Source of the DNA: Eledone cirrhosa
Taxonomy: Eukaryota
NCBI GenBank assembly: GCA_964016885.1
Contig: OZ024741.1
Coordinates: 179,304,001 to 179,368,000, forward strand
Direction of reading: 5' to 3'
DNA: 64,000 nucleotides
Numbering within the stretch: the first letter of the stretch is position 1; every line of letters starts with the position of its first letter. Below, piece by piece: positions 37,285 to 51,288 of the stretch. The position numbers and the translations under genes were made by a program. Under the pieces are notes generated by a model. The model saw only the letters and a list, made by a program, of their open reading frames with translations, was not told the DNA's origin and made no database searches.

Positions 37285-37349
37285 CATATATATATACATA
37301 TACATATATATACATATATATATACATATATATATACATATATATATAC

Positions 37350-37380
<31 letters not shown>

Positions 37381-37593
37381 CATATATATATACATATAGA
37401 TAGATATATATATATACATATAGACATATATATATATATACATATAGACATATATATATATAGACATATAGACATATATATATATAGACATATATATATA
37501 TATACATATAGACATATATATATATATACATATATATATATAGACATATATATATATAGACATATATATATATAGACATATATATATATAGAC

Positions 37594-37624
<31 letters not shown>

Positions 37625-37935
37625 CATATACATATATATACATATACATATATATATATATACATATATATATACATACATATATATATACATATATATA
37701 TACATATATATATACATATATATATACATATATATATACATATATGTATATACATATATATATATACATATATGTATATACATATATATATATACATATA
37801 TATATATACATATATGTATATACATATATATATATACATATATATGTATACACATATATATAATCACATATATATATACACATATATATGTATACACATA
37901 TGTATACACATATATGTATACACATATATATGTAT

Positions 37936-38000
<65 letters not shown>

Positions 38001-38680
38001 TATATATATATATATACACATATATATATATATATACATACACATATATATATATATACACATATATATATATATATACATACACATATATATATATATA
38101 CACATATATATATATATATACATACACATATATATATATATATATACATACACATATATATATACACATACACATATATATATACACATACACATATATA
38201 TATACACATACACATATATATATACACATATATATATATATACACACATATATATATATATACACACATATATATATATATATACACATACATATATATA
38301 CATGTATACACACATATATATATATACACATATATATACATATACACATATATATACATATATACATATATATACATATACACATATATATATACACATA
38401 TATATATACATATACACATATATACATATATATATATATTATACACATATATATACACATATATATATACATATATATATACATATATATATACATATAT
38501 ATATACATATATATACACATATATATACACATCTTTATATACATATATATACACATCTTTATATACATATATATATACACATATATATATAAACATATAT
38601 ACATAAACATATATATATATACACATAAATATATACATATCTGTACACATACACATATATATATACACACATATATATAT

Positions 38681-38730
<50 letters not shown>

Positions 38731-38954
38731 ATACATATATAAATATATACGTACAAATATATATATATGTAATAAAAAGTGAAGAGAGACTGCGCACTGA
38801 GCCAATCCCACTCTCTGAGCGACAGTAGCTATAACCCAAAAAGAAATGATCAACATCATCGGTAACTACATACATACATATATATACATACATACATACA
38901 TATATACATACATACATATATATACATACATACATATACATACATACATATACA

Positions 38955-38990
<36 letters not shown>

Positions 38991-39018
38991 TACATACATA
39001 CATATATACATACATACA

Positions 39019-39050
<32 letters not shown>

Positions 39051-39103
39051 CATATATATATACATACATACATATACATATATACATACATATACATATA
39101 TAC

Positions 39104-39134
<31 letters not shown>

Positions 39135-39420
39135 CATATACATATACATACATATACATATACATACATATACATATATATATATACATACATATACATA
39201 CATATACATATACATATATATATATACATACATATACATACATTTATATACATACATATACATACATTTATATACATACATATACATACATTTATACATA
39301 CATATACATATACATACATACATACATATATACATATATATATATACATACATACATATATATATATATACATACATATATATATATATACATACATATA
39401 TATATACATACATACATATA

Positions 39421-39452
<32 letters not shown>

Positions 39453-39750
39453 CATATATATACATACATACATACATATATATATACATACATATATATA
39501 TATACATACATACATATATATATATACACATATATATACACATATATATATATATACACATATATATACACATATATATATATATATACACACATATATA
39601 TATATACACACATATATATATATATACATACATATATATACACATATATATACACATATATATACATATATATATACACATATATATATACATATATATA
39701 TACACATATATATACATACATATGCTTACAAGGGTGGGACGGGAACTGAT

Positions 39751-39783
<33 letters not shown>

Positions 39784-40038
39784 TATATATACATATATAT
39801 ATATATATATACATATATATACATATATATATATATATATACATATATATACATATATATACATATATACATATATATATATATATACCTATATATATAT
39901 ATACATATATATATATACATACCTATATATATATATACATATATATATACATACCTATATATATACATACCTATATATATATATACATATATATATACAT
40001 ATATATATATATACATACATACATACATATATATATAT

Positions 40039-40071
<33 letters not shown>

Positions 40072-40212
40072 CATACATACATACATATATATATACATAC
40101 ATACATACATATATATATACATACATACATACATATATATATACATACATACATACATACATATATATATATATACATCCATATATATATATATACATAT
40201 ATATATACATCC

Positions 40213-40243
<31 letters not shown>

Positions 40244-40262
40244 CATATATATATACACACAC
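34246..40262. repeat. ~6-kb compound microsatellite array ((TA)n with CA, GACA and TACA interruptions)
   Basis: Direct reading; explains all IYIY/YMCV pseudo-ORFs. Confidence 0.98.
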
Positions 40263-40264
40263 AT

Positions 40265-40660
40265 ACGTAATCCATGATACATTAAAAAAGACGATATTAT
40301 ATATAAACTGCATTAGGAGAAAATTAGTATGTTTATTTAAGTGATCGCCACCGGAAGTGTTGATATCACACACTCTCTGTATGTATATATATGTATGTAT
40401 ATATATGTATATATATATATATATGTATGTATATATATGTATATATATATATATATGTATGTATGTATATATACATACATATATATACATATACATACAT
40501 ATATATATATACATACATATATATACATACAGAGAGTGTGTGATATCAACACTTCTGGTTGGCGATCGCCTAAATAAACATACTAATTTTCTATCACTAA
40601 TGTTCTCCTAATGCAGTTTTATATATAATATCGTCTTTTTTAATGTATCATGGATTACGT
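40265..40660. repeat. Fold-back inverted repeat with microsatellite core
   Basis: 40265-40390 is the reverse complement of ~40520-40660 (one ~15-nt indel). Confidence 0.85.
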
Positions 40661-43600
40661 TACTGATTACATAAGACAGTGTAACAACGTCTTTGTTCAA
40701 TTTCTGTGTATATTGTCAATTACGATTTTATTTGATGTATCATATCTACATGTATATATACTTGCGTATAATATCAATATACACACTAAACATGCTAGCA
40801 GAAAACCATCCGAAGGGTGGTTTTTCTGCTAGTATATATAATTTCTGAAACAGGCACTAAGCAATAATGAAACCCACCTCAACACAACTAAATAAAAATA
40901 AAAAAATAATGAATAAATTAAAAAGAAATCTTTTTAAATCTAATTTAGACCATTTGCAAACTTCATGTCAACAAGAATAAAATAGAAACACAAACCTCAC
41001 GTTACCAAGAGAGAATTGTTCCCAGGCAAAAAATATGTACTACGGTGGGTTTATGTTGTTATATATATGTGGTGGTTTTTTTAGTTGTTTTTTTCTTTTT
41101 TTGGTGGGGTGATATATAGAATATAAGAATATATAAAGGAACTAAAAAGTTGCTTTCATTCAATGTGTTTATAAAGTAATATTGAGCTTAGTTTGACAAA
41201 GACAGTGAAGAGAACAAAGCTATTATTGCCATTATTATTATTATTAATTCTAATTTAGGCACAAGGCCGAGAATTTATTTTTGTGGGAGAAGAGCAAGTC
41301 AATTACATCAAGTCCAGTACTTCACTGGTACTTTATTTTATCAACTGTGGGTATGATTAAAGGTAAAGTTGACCTCGGTGGGATTTGAACTCAGAATGCC
41401 ACAACAAGGCATTTTGTCTGACTCCCTAACAATTTTCCAATCTGCTGCCCTAATATTATTTTTATTGTTATTATCTCCATCTTATTAAACAATTACAGAA
41501 AGTCTATGTGGAGGGCACGGGTTATACATATAAATAATAACTTAAAATAACTTAGATGGATTTGACGTTCAACTTCATTATCCGAGCACACATTTTCAAT
41601 TAAAACATCTTTAACGCTTAAAACAGTATCAGAAAAAAAAAACAAGAAAAAAAAAAACGAACAAAAAACAAAAACAACAAAGTTAAGGGTTGTAAGGTGG
41701 AATGTGGTTAAGATACAAATTACCAATTGTTAGGTTAAAAACAAAACAAAATATATTTTAAAAAGGGGGCGACAGAAAAACTAAATTAAAAAAATACAAA
41801 CAAAAGGGATGGAAAAAGGAAATAAAAAGATAAATTAGGTTAATAATTAGTAGAGGCACAAACACAGCATGTTTGAAAATAAAGGCATATATGTACACAT
41901 AAACAGTATATTTATGTATATAAACATATGGGGTACTAATGCTGTGTTTGAGAATAAAGGCATACATGTTCACATATACAGTAGGTCTATGTATAATAAA
42001 CACATATGGAGTACTAACATGATGTGTTTGTGAATAAATGTGCATATGTATACATATAGAGTATGTTTATGTATAATACACATACATATAGTTGTTGGTA
42101 TTGGTTCGAACAATGAATGATCCAATTGTTTGATAAACGAAACAGTCTGCTTGTGAAATTAAGTGGCTGAGCATTCCACATACATATATAACCTTAACGT
42201 AGTTCTCAGGGAAATTCAGCATGACACAATGTGACAAGGCTGGCTCTTTGAATTACAGGTACAACTAATTTTTGCCAGCTAAGTGGGCTGGAGTGACATG
42301 AGATAAAAAAAAATACTCAAAGACACACTGCCTGAAATTGAACCCATGACCTTAAATAGCATGTCAAATACTCTAATCACTAACCCATGATCCTTCACAA
42401 ATATACATACAGTTTTACTGTAAGGAAGTATCTGCTGATGAAGATATAAGAGTTCTTGAAATATCAGTATCAAGCGTTCTGACATAAATATTAAGGTAGC
42501 TATGATCTAATCACTGACAGCGCGTCTATATGTATGTTTATTAGACATAAACATTGCATATGTGTTCATATACACCTTTCTTCTAAGTTATTCATTTTAA
42601 TGGTAGCACTAACAACAAAAAATAAATTTTTAAATCTGAAATTTCAAACATTTTTAAAGGAGAAATTCAGTAAAGTTGAAAAAAAAAAGAAAACAAAAGG
42701 TTTATTTTGCAGCATAGCTGTAGAAGTGTTTAGAAGAGGTCTTAATCATTATTATTATTATTATTATCAATGGCTTCTAATTTAGGCACAAGGACAGCAA
42801 TTTGGGAGGTAGAGATAAGTTGAATATATCAACCCCAATGCTTGACTGGTACAATTTAATCTACTTTTTCCTCCCTCAAATTGCTGGCCTTGTACCTAAA
42901 TTAGAACTCATTATTATTATCATTATTATTGATTTCTGATTTAGACACAAGACCAGTAAACCGTTTTTATCAACCCCCTAGTGCTTGACTGGTACTTTAT
43001 TTTACCAACTCCAGAAGGATGAAAAACTTACTGAGGTTAAATTTTGTCCTTTATCCTTCTGGGGTCAATAAAATAAAGTACCAATCAAGTACTGTCATTG
43101 ATGTAATGAACTTTCCAATTCCTTTAAATTGCTGACCTTGTGTTAAAAAAATTAGAAACTATTACTTTAGAATGTGAAGTGACAGTTATTGTTGTTGATG
43201 TTGTTATTGTTGGTGGTGGTGGTGGTTGTCGTGATTGTAGTGCCAATTACAGTGTCTACTTTGGATTATACACTAGAAAAGGGCAAGCTAAACAATGCGA
43301 TTGTTTTTAGTTTATTTTTGTTTTTTGTTTTTTTTTTCATTGTAAAAAAAGTTTTTATTTAGACCCCACCCACCCAGAAAAAAAGAAAAGAAAAAAATAC
43401 CCCAAAACATATTTCCTCTTATTTACACATGTATATATTTAAAAGTTTACCGTGATCTTGTTTTGTTTGTTTGTATATTTGTTTAATTTTAAAAAATTTT
43501 TTCCGTTAGATTGAAAAATGTTCAGATTTTATCATTCATATCTTCTTTTTGTTGTTGCTGTTGTTGTTGTTTTCAACCAAGACATTCTTTCAATAGCAGA

Positions 43601-43737
43601 AGCTTAGCAAAAAAAAAAAAAAAGTTAACTTTATATCTCCAAATTTCTTGTTTTTAATTTTTTAATTACAAAATAGAAAAAAAATCAAAAACAACTCATG
43701 GGTTGTTCTGTTTGTTTTTGTTTATTTTTTTAAAATT

Positions 43738-43884
43738 TTAATTTCTTGGGAAATCTCGCATCTGCACATCTTTCCCACGAGCACCACCTTTTGATTTTAG
43801 TCCCTGGGAATCATAGCGCGGTCCTCTGCCATGTCCATAACGTGGCGCTGGATAATTTTCACCAGGGTAGGGAGGTGGAGACAT
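43738..43884 (-). CDS. ADAM10: ADAM10/kuzbanian terminal exon (cytoplasmic tail MSPPPYPGENYPAPRYG..QMRDFPRN*)
   Basis: ttctag acceptor, phase 0, 147 nt to TAA; Pro/Arg-rich tail with a QMR motif like other ADAM10s. Confidence 0.8.
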   Translation of the reverse strand: MSPPPYPGENYPAPRYGHGRGPRYDSQGLKSKGGARGKDVQMRDFPRN

Positions 43885-43991
43885 CTAGAATAAAAGAAAA
43901 AAACAAATATATAGATATATATATAAACAATTTCATATATATGCATTCAATTGGCATTTTAAATCTATCTAGCTATAGGTACGTGTTAGAC

Positions 43992-44268
43992 TAGAGGTCC
44001 CAAACCACCGGCCGCAGACTGGTACCGGTCCATGGATCATTTGCTACTGGGCCGCAAAGAAATAATTAACTTGTTTAAAATTATACAATAGATAAATTGA
44101 GAATTGGACTTTAATTTTAAAAGATTTACATGAGAGTTAAAAGATTATACACTTTTTCTTTGCTTTAATAAATTTCTCTCTTTATCGAAATGCACTTAAA
44201 TAACAGTCCGCGGAAAAATTGTCCGGCATGAAGCCAGTCCATGGTATAAAAAAAGTTAGCGACCACTA
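43992..44268. mobile_element. hAT (Charlie-like) MITE
   Basis: 8-bp TSD TGTTAGAC at 43984-43991 and 44269-44276; TIR TAG(A/T)GGTC.C.AAC. Confidence 0.8.
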
Positions 44269-47033
44269 TGTTAGACTATAGGTACTGGATATACTTGTGC
44301 ACAGTTTGCACCTTTTTTCAGAAAAATACTAAGAAAAACCAGCACGTGACTTATCTATAGCACCTGTGAAACCTCCAATTCAAAATATATACTACATTGA
44401 TGCCTGTAAAACAGAGGCATGTATATATACATATATATATATATACACACACACATCTGTGTATAAGTTGTTGTTTTCCACAAATTTTCTTTTTAAAAAA
44501 AAATCAGCATGTGATTTATCTACTGGACTTAGAAAACTTCAATTCAAAATACATTGTAGATGCCATATGTAAAACAAAGGTGTGACTTATACACCATTAT
44601 ATATAGCAATTAAAAGAATGGAGCACCTTTAAAATTAACACTATGCTATCGCAATGGTAATATTTGAGTAACTTAAACTATACAACAGAGAATTGGCCGA
44701 TAGGTAAAAGCTTCATATTAAATGCCTTGTAGTATTTGTTCTTGCTCTCAAATCCCACCAAGATCAACTTTGTTTTTATCCTTTCAGGTTCAATGAAATA
44801 GAATACCAGTCCAGGATGGTGGATTGGTGGAATTGTTAGATTAGAGCATTTGATGGGATGCCTCGTGACATCAGTTCTGGCTCAAGAAAATCTTAAACTT
44901 ATACATATAAATATTTATATCTTTCGTAATAAATACTCATATATAACTTTGTTTTTCATCCTCTTGAGGCTGATAAATTAAGTGCTAAACCAGTACTAGG
45001 GTTGATTCTTCCTCAATCACTCATTCTCTGGAAGAAATTGGCTGTGTTGAAACCTGACGAGATATAGGCTCTGCCAGGTTTAAGTGTCCACATCATGATG
45101 GCACCCTTACAACTCCATCAGAAGTTAGGGGCCCATGGAAAGATGGCTGGATATATATATATGGCTGACTGAACACACAAATGCCGCTGCCCCCCCCCCC
45201 CTCCTATTTTTCATTCCATTCCTTCCTCTTATCATTCTCTATCTTTCTATTTCTTCTTTTATTTCTCAATCTATTTTCTAATGATGGACTAGTGTCTTTT
45301 CCTACTATATATATCAAGTGTTAAACTAATATATTTATTCATTGTACTGTACTGTTTGCTTTGCTGTTTCCGTTTACTTTTTGTATATATATATATATTG
45401 ATATATACTGGTCATGCAGCAGCTACTCAGCCATACAGAATGGACCAGCACATAGAAGTTAACACATTCCAGACTGTTGGCGTTGGCCATATATGTATGA
45501 TATATAAAAATAGTAAATCAATGCATATTTACTAAAAAATATTAGGAAGAATAATGAGATTTGATGTACTGATGGTAATATGTTAGAATATACATTATTG
45601 GAGTGATTCTAGTGTTGTGCCAATATTGCAAAAATGTCAAAAATCTGCAGAAAATGCTAAGTATTTACAAAGAGAAAGTGTGTGTGTGTGAGGGGGGGGG
45701 GGGTGCAATAGATGTTGGTAGAAAGTGCTACAACTATATATTGCTTATGGAAATAAGGAAAAATGGGAAAAGACGTCAATAAATTAACCCTCTTGACACA
45801 ACCACCTGAAACTGCCCCTGGTTCTATGGGTTTTAAAGTGTATATATTTATCTAAAAACCTTCCATTATAATTTTAGATAGGAACTTTTGTTATGTTCTA
45901 AACATCAACTTAATAGTGAATGGGTTAAATTAAAACCTTCCATCATGATATTATCTAAGAATCTTTGTTAAGTTATGCTCCAAACACCAACTTAACGAGA
46001 AAGTTAATCCTGCTCCTCCTCATCCAACGTCCATTTTCCCTGCTAGCAAAGGTTGGACGAGTCTTCAAAGACCAAATCAGTACTGAAGCGGGGATACTGA
46101 CCTCCCAGACAAGCCGGTGGGTTTGCATCTCGCTTACATACAGTTCCATGTTCAACCGAGTACATTTTATCACACGACCAGCACTAGAGAGGTTGTCATG
46201 TATTTAACACAACTGGAGAGTCCTCCTAACCCTTTGTTTGGCAAGCTTTCTATAGCTGGATGCCCTCCCTATCAAAAACCACGTTAGAGTATGCACTGGG
46301 TGCATTTATCATGTAGATCACCAGCATTAGAGAGGCTGTCATGTCCTTGACACAAAAGCTACCAAAATTTTTATTGAAATTTATAGATAGTGACTTTCAT
46401 TAGAAATATGGTAATGAAAGTGTTAAAATATTTATATATAAACAAACCAACATTTAAAAAAAGATTGTTTAACCTAATTCACTCCAAACTACCTCCAAAT
46501 CTATGTAATAAAATTATCCAAGGGTTCCTATTTAAATTAAAATCTTCCAATATAATTTTATATAAGAACCTTTTGTTAAATGATGTTATAAGTAATATCT
46601 TAATAATGAAACAACTATTTATTTCATGAAACCCCTCCAAATTCCTCATTGATTAACTCAAATACAGTGTATTTCTTTAGAAATATGGTTAGAAAAGGGT
46701 TAACTAAACAATAATAAACAAGTAGATAACTTTTGGGAAATAAGATAAATTGTTTCTACTTTTGGCACAAGGCCAGCAATTATCCCAGTGCATTACTGGT
46801 GCTTTATTTACTGGGAAATATGATAAATTGGCAAAACTAAATACTACGACTAAGGTAGTGGTAGTAGGGTCATCTGTGTAATATTGTCTTACTTGCACAA
46901 CTTCAGAGCAGCCATAAAATACAACTGTAAATAAAATAAAATATTTGGCTAAGTCTAATTAAAAGAATTTTCCAAGTCATCTTGGATCCAATAAATTAGT
47001 ATAATATCTGTGACCATCATAACGCTGACATAC

Positions 47034-47207
47034 TTGATGTCTGGAAGACATTTGCCTTCCTTGAAGGCGACTTGAAGAGAGACTGAGTTTTCTAGCAGCC
47101 GGCTTGCGTGGATTGCTGCTGGGAGTATGTACAGCACAGACTTTGATGAATAGAGCCATGAACAACACCAATCCGATACACATTAACATCACAGCCCACC
47201 AATGAAT
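47034..47207 (-). CDS. ADAM10: ADAM10 exon: transmembrane and juxtamembrane region ([33 protein letters not shown]..)
   Basis: Diagnostic [13 protein letters not shown]; AG/GT sites, phase 0-0. Confidence 0.93.
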
Positions 47208-49889
47208 CTGAAATTAACATTGGAAAATTGCCTTCAAAATTGTACAATACAAACAAAATAAAGTTTAGAATTAAAATATTTTACAAAAGAAGACAACACA
47301 ATAGTTATTCAAATCTGCATTTTCCTCACTTTCATTCTTTAGATGAATAGTTCAAGATGTCCTTTAGATAACTCTTATTGGATAACTTATGGATTCTGAA
47401 CACATACACATGCTTAGGTTACATTAAGATCAACTGCAGGAATTGGTGATAAGTTACAAAAAATGTGCTGATCAATGACCTAGAAGTTGACTTACTATGA
47501 GATTAGTCCAAAGAATAAAACCCAAATCATATGTTGACGAATATTCATACTCTCGGCATGTTAATTGTAACAGGCCATCTTTGAGAGTAGAGTTTATTTC
47601 ATCGATATTTTGAGGTGTAGGATCGTGGGAACATTAACCCGAATTAAGAAGATGTAACTTCTCCCCCATTATTGACACTTTGCAACAGTGAACGTTACAA
47701 GGCCCTCTTTAGAGCCAACACTTCCGATTGTTTATCCGACTTATTATGGTGTGTTTTCTCAGGTTATATCTACTATAGGGGTAAACGGGATGGTTTCATT
47801 GAATTGCTTCAGTCATTCGAAAGGCTTTACAAACGGTGATATACAGGGTGCTTCAACAGTACCTGAATCTGTTCACTCTGTTATAATTTCTTCAATAATT
47901 GCAATGACTTCCTCAATTGTTCTGTGTTTGTTCTTGAGCGCTAAGGCAATAAGTTTGCTATTCTTATACATAAGTTTGTTGAATAAGTTCAATACTCTTC
48001 AAGCTCAAACTTCCCCAGCTTATTCACTCTGAATGAAGAAAGCTGGATGGAAGAAGGACTTATGATTTAAACATCCATTGATAGTTCCACACAAAAAATT
48101 GATTTGCCATAAACACACCTAGCAAAGGTTGCTATTGAAAATCCAGTATGGGCACCCAGGGTCGCTAGCATTTTCAGGCGCACTCTGGGAACTGTGAATA
48201 ACCCCACCTTTCTCTGGTATTATCAGGTACTGCAGCTAGTAATCTATATTTCTACTATTGCTATGGTAATATATATGAATGCCTCTTTTGAATAAATTTT
48301 CGAATTTAGGTACAAATTGTGCCAAAATATATTTAGTTGTTTTAAAGCGTGTTGTCAGTAAAAACAAATGAAAAAAAAAAAAATTTGTGAACCACTGGTA
48401 GCCAGGATTAAAAACCCTAATGAAGAGTATAAAAAAAACACAAAAAAAACCCTTGATAAGTTGATCTCTACCACTGATTGCATCTGATGGGAATTTTCTA
48501 ATAAGAAATTCAATTCCCACAGCTGTGTGGCATTTACTAACTCATGCAATGAAATCCCCTCAAAAACATTTGGAAATATAATACTACAAAAGGAAAAAAT
48601 AATTTATAGCATAATTTCTGAAATATAAACAAGACCATACACACTCACACACACACACATATATATACATATATAAAAGAAAAAGAATGACTTCACTTGT
48701 ATTTCTAAACAAATTCATTTAATTTCATAATATTATAATATTATGAGTTAGTAGATTTAGTAAGTTCTTTATTAACTTCGGTGGGAAGATTTTTAAAGAT
48801 TCCTGGTTAACTTTCCTGGAGAACTTTCTTGCATTCGTTGGTGGTGATTGTCAAACTGAGATCAGGTTGTGTTGTGATGGTTGACTCTATATATAAGAGA
48901 GATTCGGATGTGTCTGGGGGGAGTTAATGAGTGTGGGAGTTAATGAGTGTGGGAGTGAAGGAGCGTTGATGAAGATTTAAAGGAATTAAAGCATAAACAC
49001 ACAAATGTGCATACATATACATATATACACAGAAAATGGTGAATGTTGACAGCAAGATAATGGGATGGGGGTGTTTAAAAAAGGGGATGTAAAAGTCCCC
49101 TCCTGCTGGTTCCATTTCAATAACTGACCTTTAAGCCTTTAGCATTTAAACCGGCCATATCCGGCCAGAATTCTCTCACCTCTTTCTGTTCAAACTGGCC
49201 GTAACCGGCTGCTCATATGTATGTTAACGTATTGTTCTCAAAATAAATAATATCAAAATCTTGTAGATTCGATATTATGTGAGATAATTATGTAAGATAA
49301 AGCCTTTACTGTGAAAATACAATAGTAAATACAGAGTAATGTAAATGCTAAAGGGTTAATGACTATAATGGCAGGATGTTTTTCAAATTCGTTTCTTATA
49401 GCTGAATCAACTCTTTTAAATTTATAAAGAATACCTTCAACAATTTTATATATTAAAGATGCATTTATGTGCGTGTCTGGTGGTGGTGGTGGGATTAATG
49501 AGGTGTAAGATACATGTCTTTTGATAAGAATGGGATGACAGGAAAGAGAAGAATAAGGATAGTTTTGGAATATTTGTCAGAATGGATTGCTGCTGGGAGT
49601 GTTTACAGCACAGACTTTGATGAATAGAGCCATGTGCGTGTGTATGCTTTAATTCCTTTAAATCTTTATCAACACTGCTTCACTTCCACTCATTAACACT
49701 GCACCCCACCCCCCAGACACATCCAAATCTCTCTTATATATAGAGTCACACATCACAACACAACCTGATCTCAGTTTGACAATCGCCACCGACGAATGCG
49801 AGAAAGTTCTCCAGGAAATTTAACCAGGAATCTTTTAAAATCTTCCCACCAAAGTTAACAAAGAACTTACCAGATCTACCAACTAATAA

Positions 49890-50986
49890 TCTATATATAT
49901 AAAGCTGTGGTTGTCTGTCTGTCTATCGATTTTTGGCACACATCTCCTCTTAGAATCTCTTACGGAATTGCACCGAAATTGCTATACTTGTACATTGAGC
50001 CCTAGCGAAGACATCGGAAAATAAATATTTCAAATTGACCCACCCTATGTGACGAAATCGAATCTAATGTATCGATTTTTGAGCGTAAGTGACGAGTTAT
50101 TTCCCTTTGTTCTGTTTACATTGAGCGTCTTACGTAAAAAATTACGCTGGCTTTCTCAGCGTTTAAAATGACATTAACACAATACACGAACAGTTGTCGA
50201 GCCAGCAAAATATTGACCTGCAAAATTCATCAGTTCGAACACTAAGCTTCCGTTTTGCTTCATTTCCATTTAAAAGCCTTTTAAAACAATATTTTTACTT
50301 GAAAACAAGTCTATTTAAAGACTACGTAAAACAAGCAAATATTTCGTAAAAAAAAGCAAAAATTATATAAGTTTATTTAAAATATATGTATCTGTAAATT
50401 TCGTTAGGCGTGCAGACAGACAGTTGTGCAGAGAGGTGATATACGCGTGCAGACAGACAGTCGTGCAGAGAGGTGATATACGCGTGCAGACAGACAGTCG
50501 TGCAGAGAGGTGATATAGGCGTGCAGACAGACAGTCGTGCAGAGAGGTGATATAGGCGTGCAGACAGACAGTCGTGCAGAGAGGTGATATAGGCGTGCAG
50601 ACAGACAGTCGTGCAGAGAGGTGATATAGGCGTGCAGACAGACAGTCGTGCAGAGAGGTGATATAGGCGTGCAGACAGACATAACTGATAATTTGGTTAC
50701 GCTAATGTTTTTCTCTGCGTTGCAGTGTTTACATTTTCGATCTTTGTTAATAAATAACCAGTGCAGTTTTTATCCCCAGCATCCTCTTTTGTTATAACAT
50801 TCGGGTTATCGTTATGTTTTCTTAACTTCATAAGGCATATTGTTGGTTGAGGGAATATTAATCAAAAACACCACATGCGAGTCTGCACAGTAGACACTAC
50901 AGTTTTTAAGCCAAAAAAGAAACTTAACATTGTAACTTTAACACAGCTACTGAGCGACCCCGAGCAACGCCGGGCTTTACTGCTAG
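49890..50986 (+). mobile_element. Complete non-autonomous Helitron
   Basis: Inserted between A and T; 5' TCTATATATATAAAG; 3' hairpin cccgagcaacgccggg followed by CTAG; flanks rejoin into the inverted-repeat arm. Confidence 0.88.
50406..50680. repeat. 37-bp minisatellite (~7.5 copies) inside the Helitron
   Basis: Unit aggcgtgcagacagacagtcgtgcagagaggtgatat. Confidence 0.95.
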
Positions 50987-51148
50987 TATATTATAAAATT
51001 AAATCAATTTGTTTAGAACTACAAGTGAAGTCATTCTTTTCCTTTTTTCCAAATATATATATACACACACATACACATATATGCATATACATACGCACAC
51101 ACATACACATATATATATATATATAGCATCTTTTAAACTTATACATAC

Positions 51149-51288
51149 AATAATCCATTCTCTGATTGTTTGAAGAGTTTTAGGGTTAAATATCAAATTC
51201 TTCAAACGAGCCAGGGGTCCTTCCGCGTCTACGCGTCGACAACGGTGGAAGACATCACAGTAGCCTCGGAAGTTATCGCATGGAGATC
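51149..51288 (-). CDS. ADAM10: ADAM10 exon: end of cysteine-rich domain ([34 protein letters not shown]..)
   Basis: Highly conserved ADAM10 sequence; AG/GT sites, phase 1-0. Confidence 0.95.

Larger units (their letters stand above)
48670..51050. repeat. Intronic inverted repeat (~340-bp arms), right arm split by a Helitron
   Basis: 48670-49005 is the reverse complement of 49635-49889 joined to 50987-51050. Confidence 0.85.

Noticed and set aside
34126-40611. Very long ORFs (up to 1248 aa) of I/Y/M/C/V/H/T
   Set aside because: Translation of (TA)n-type microsatellite that lacks stop codons; not protein-coding.
47560-48080. Coding-like stretch in an ADAM10 intron (ORF 47688..48032)
   Set aside because: No recognisable domain, and the opposite strand has several stops; probably a decayed transposon, not assignable without a search.
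50404-50682. 92-aa Cys/His-rich repetitive ORF
   Set aside because: Artefact of the 37-bp minisatellite inside a Helitron.
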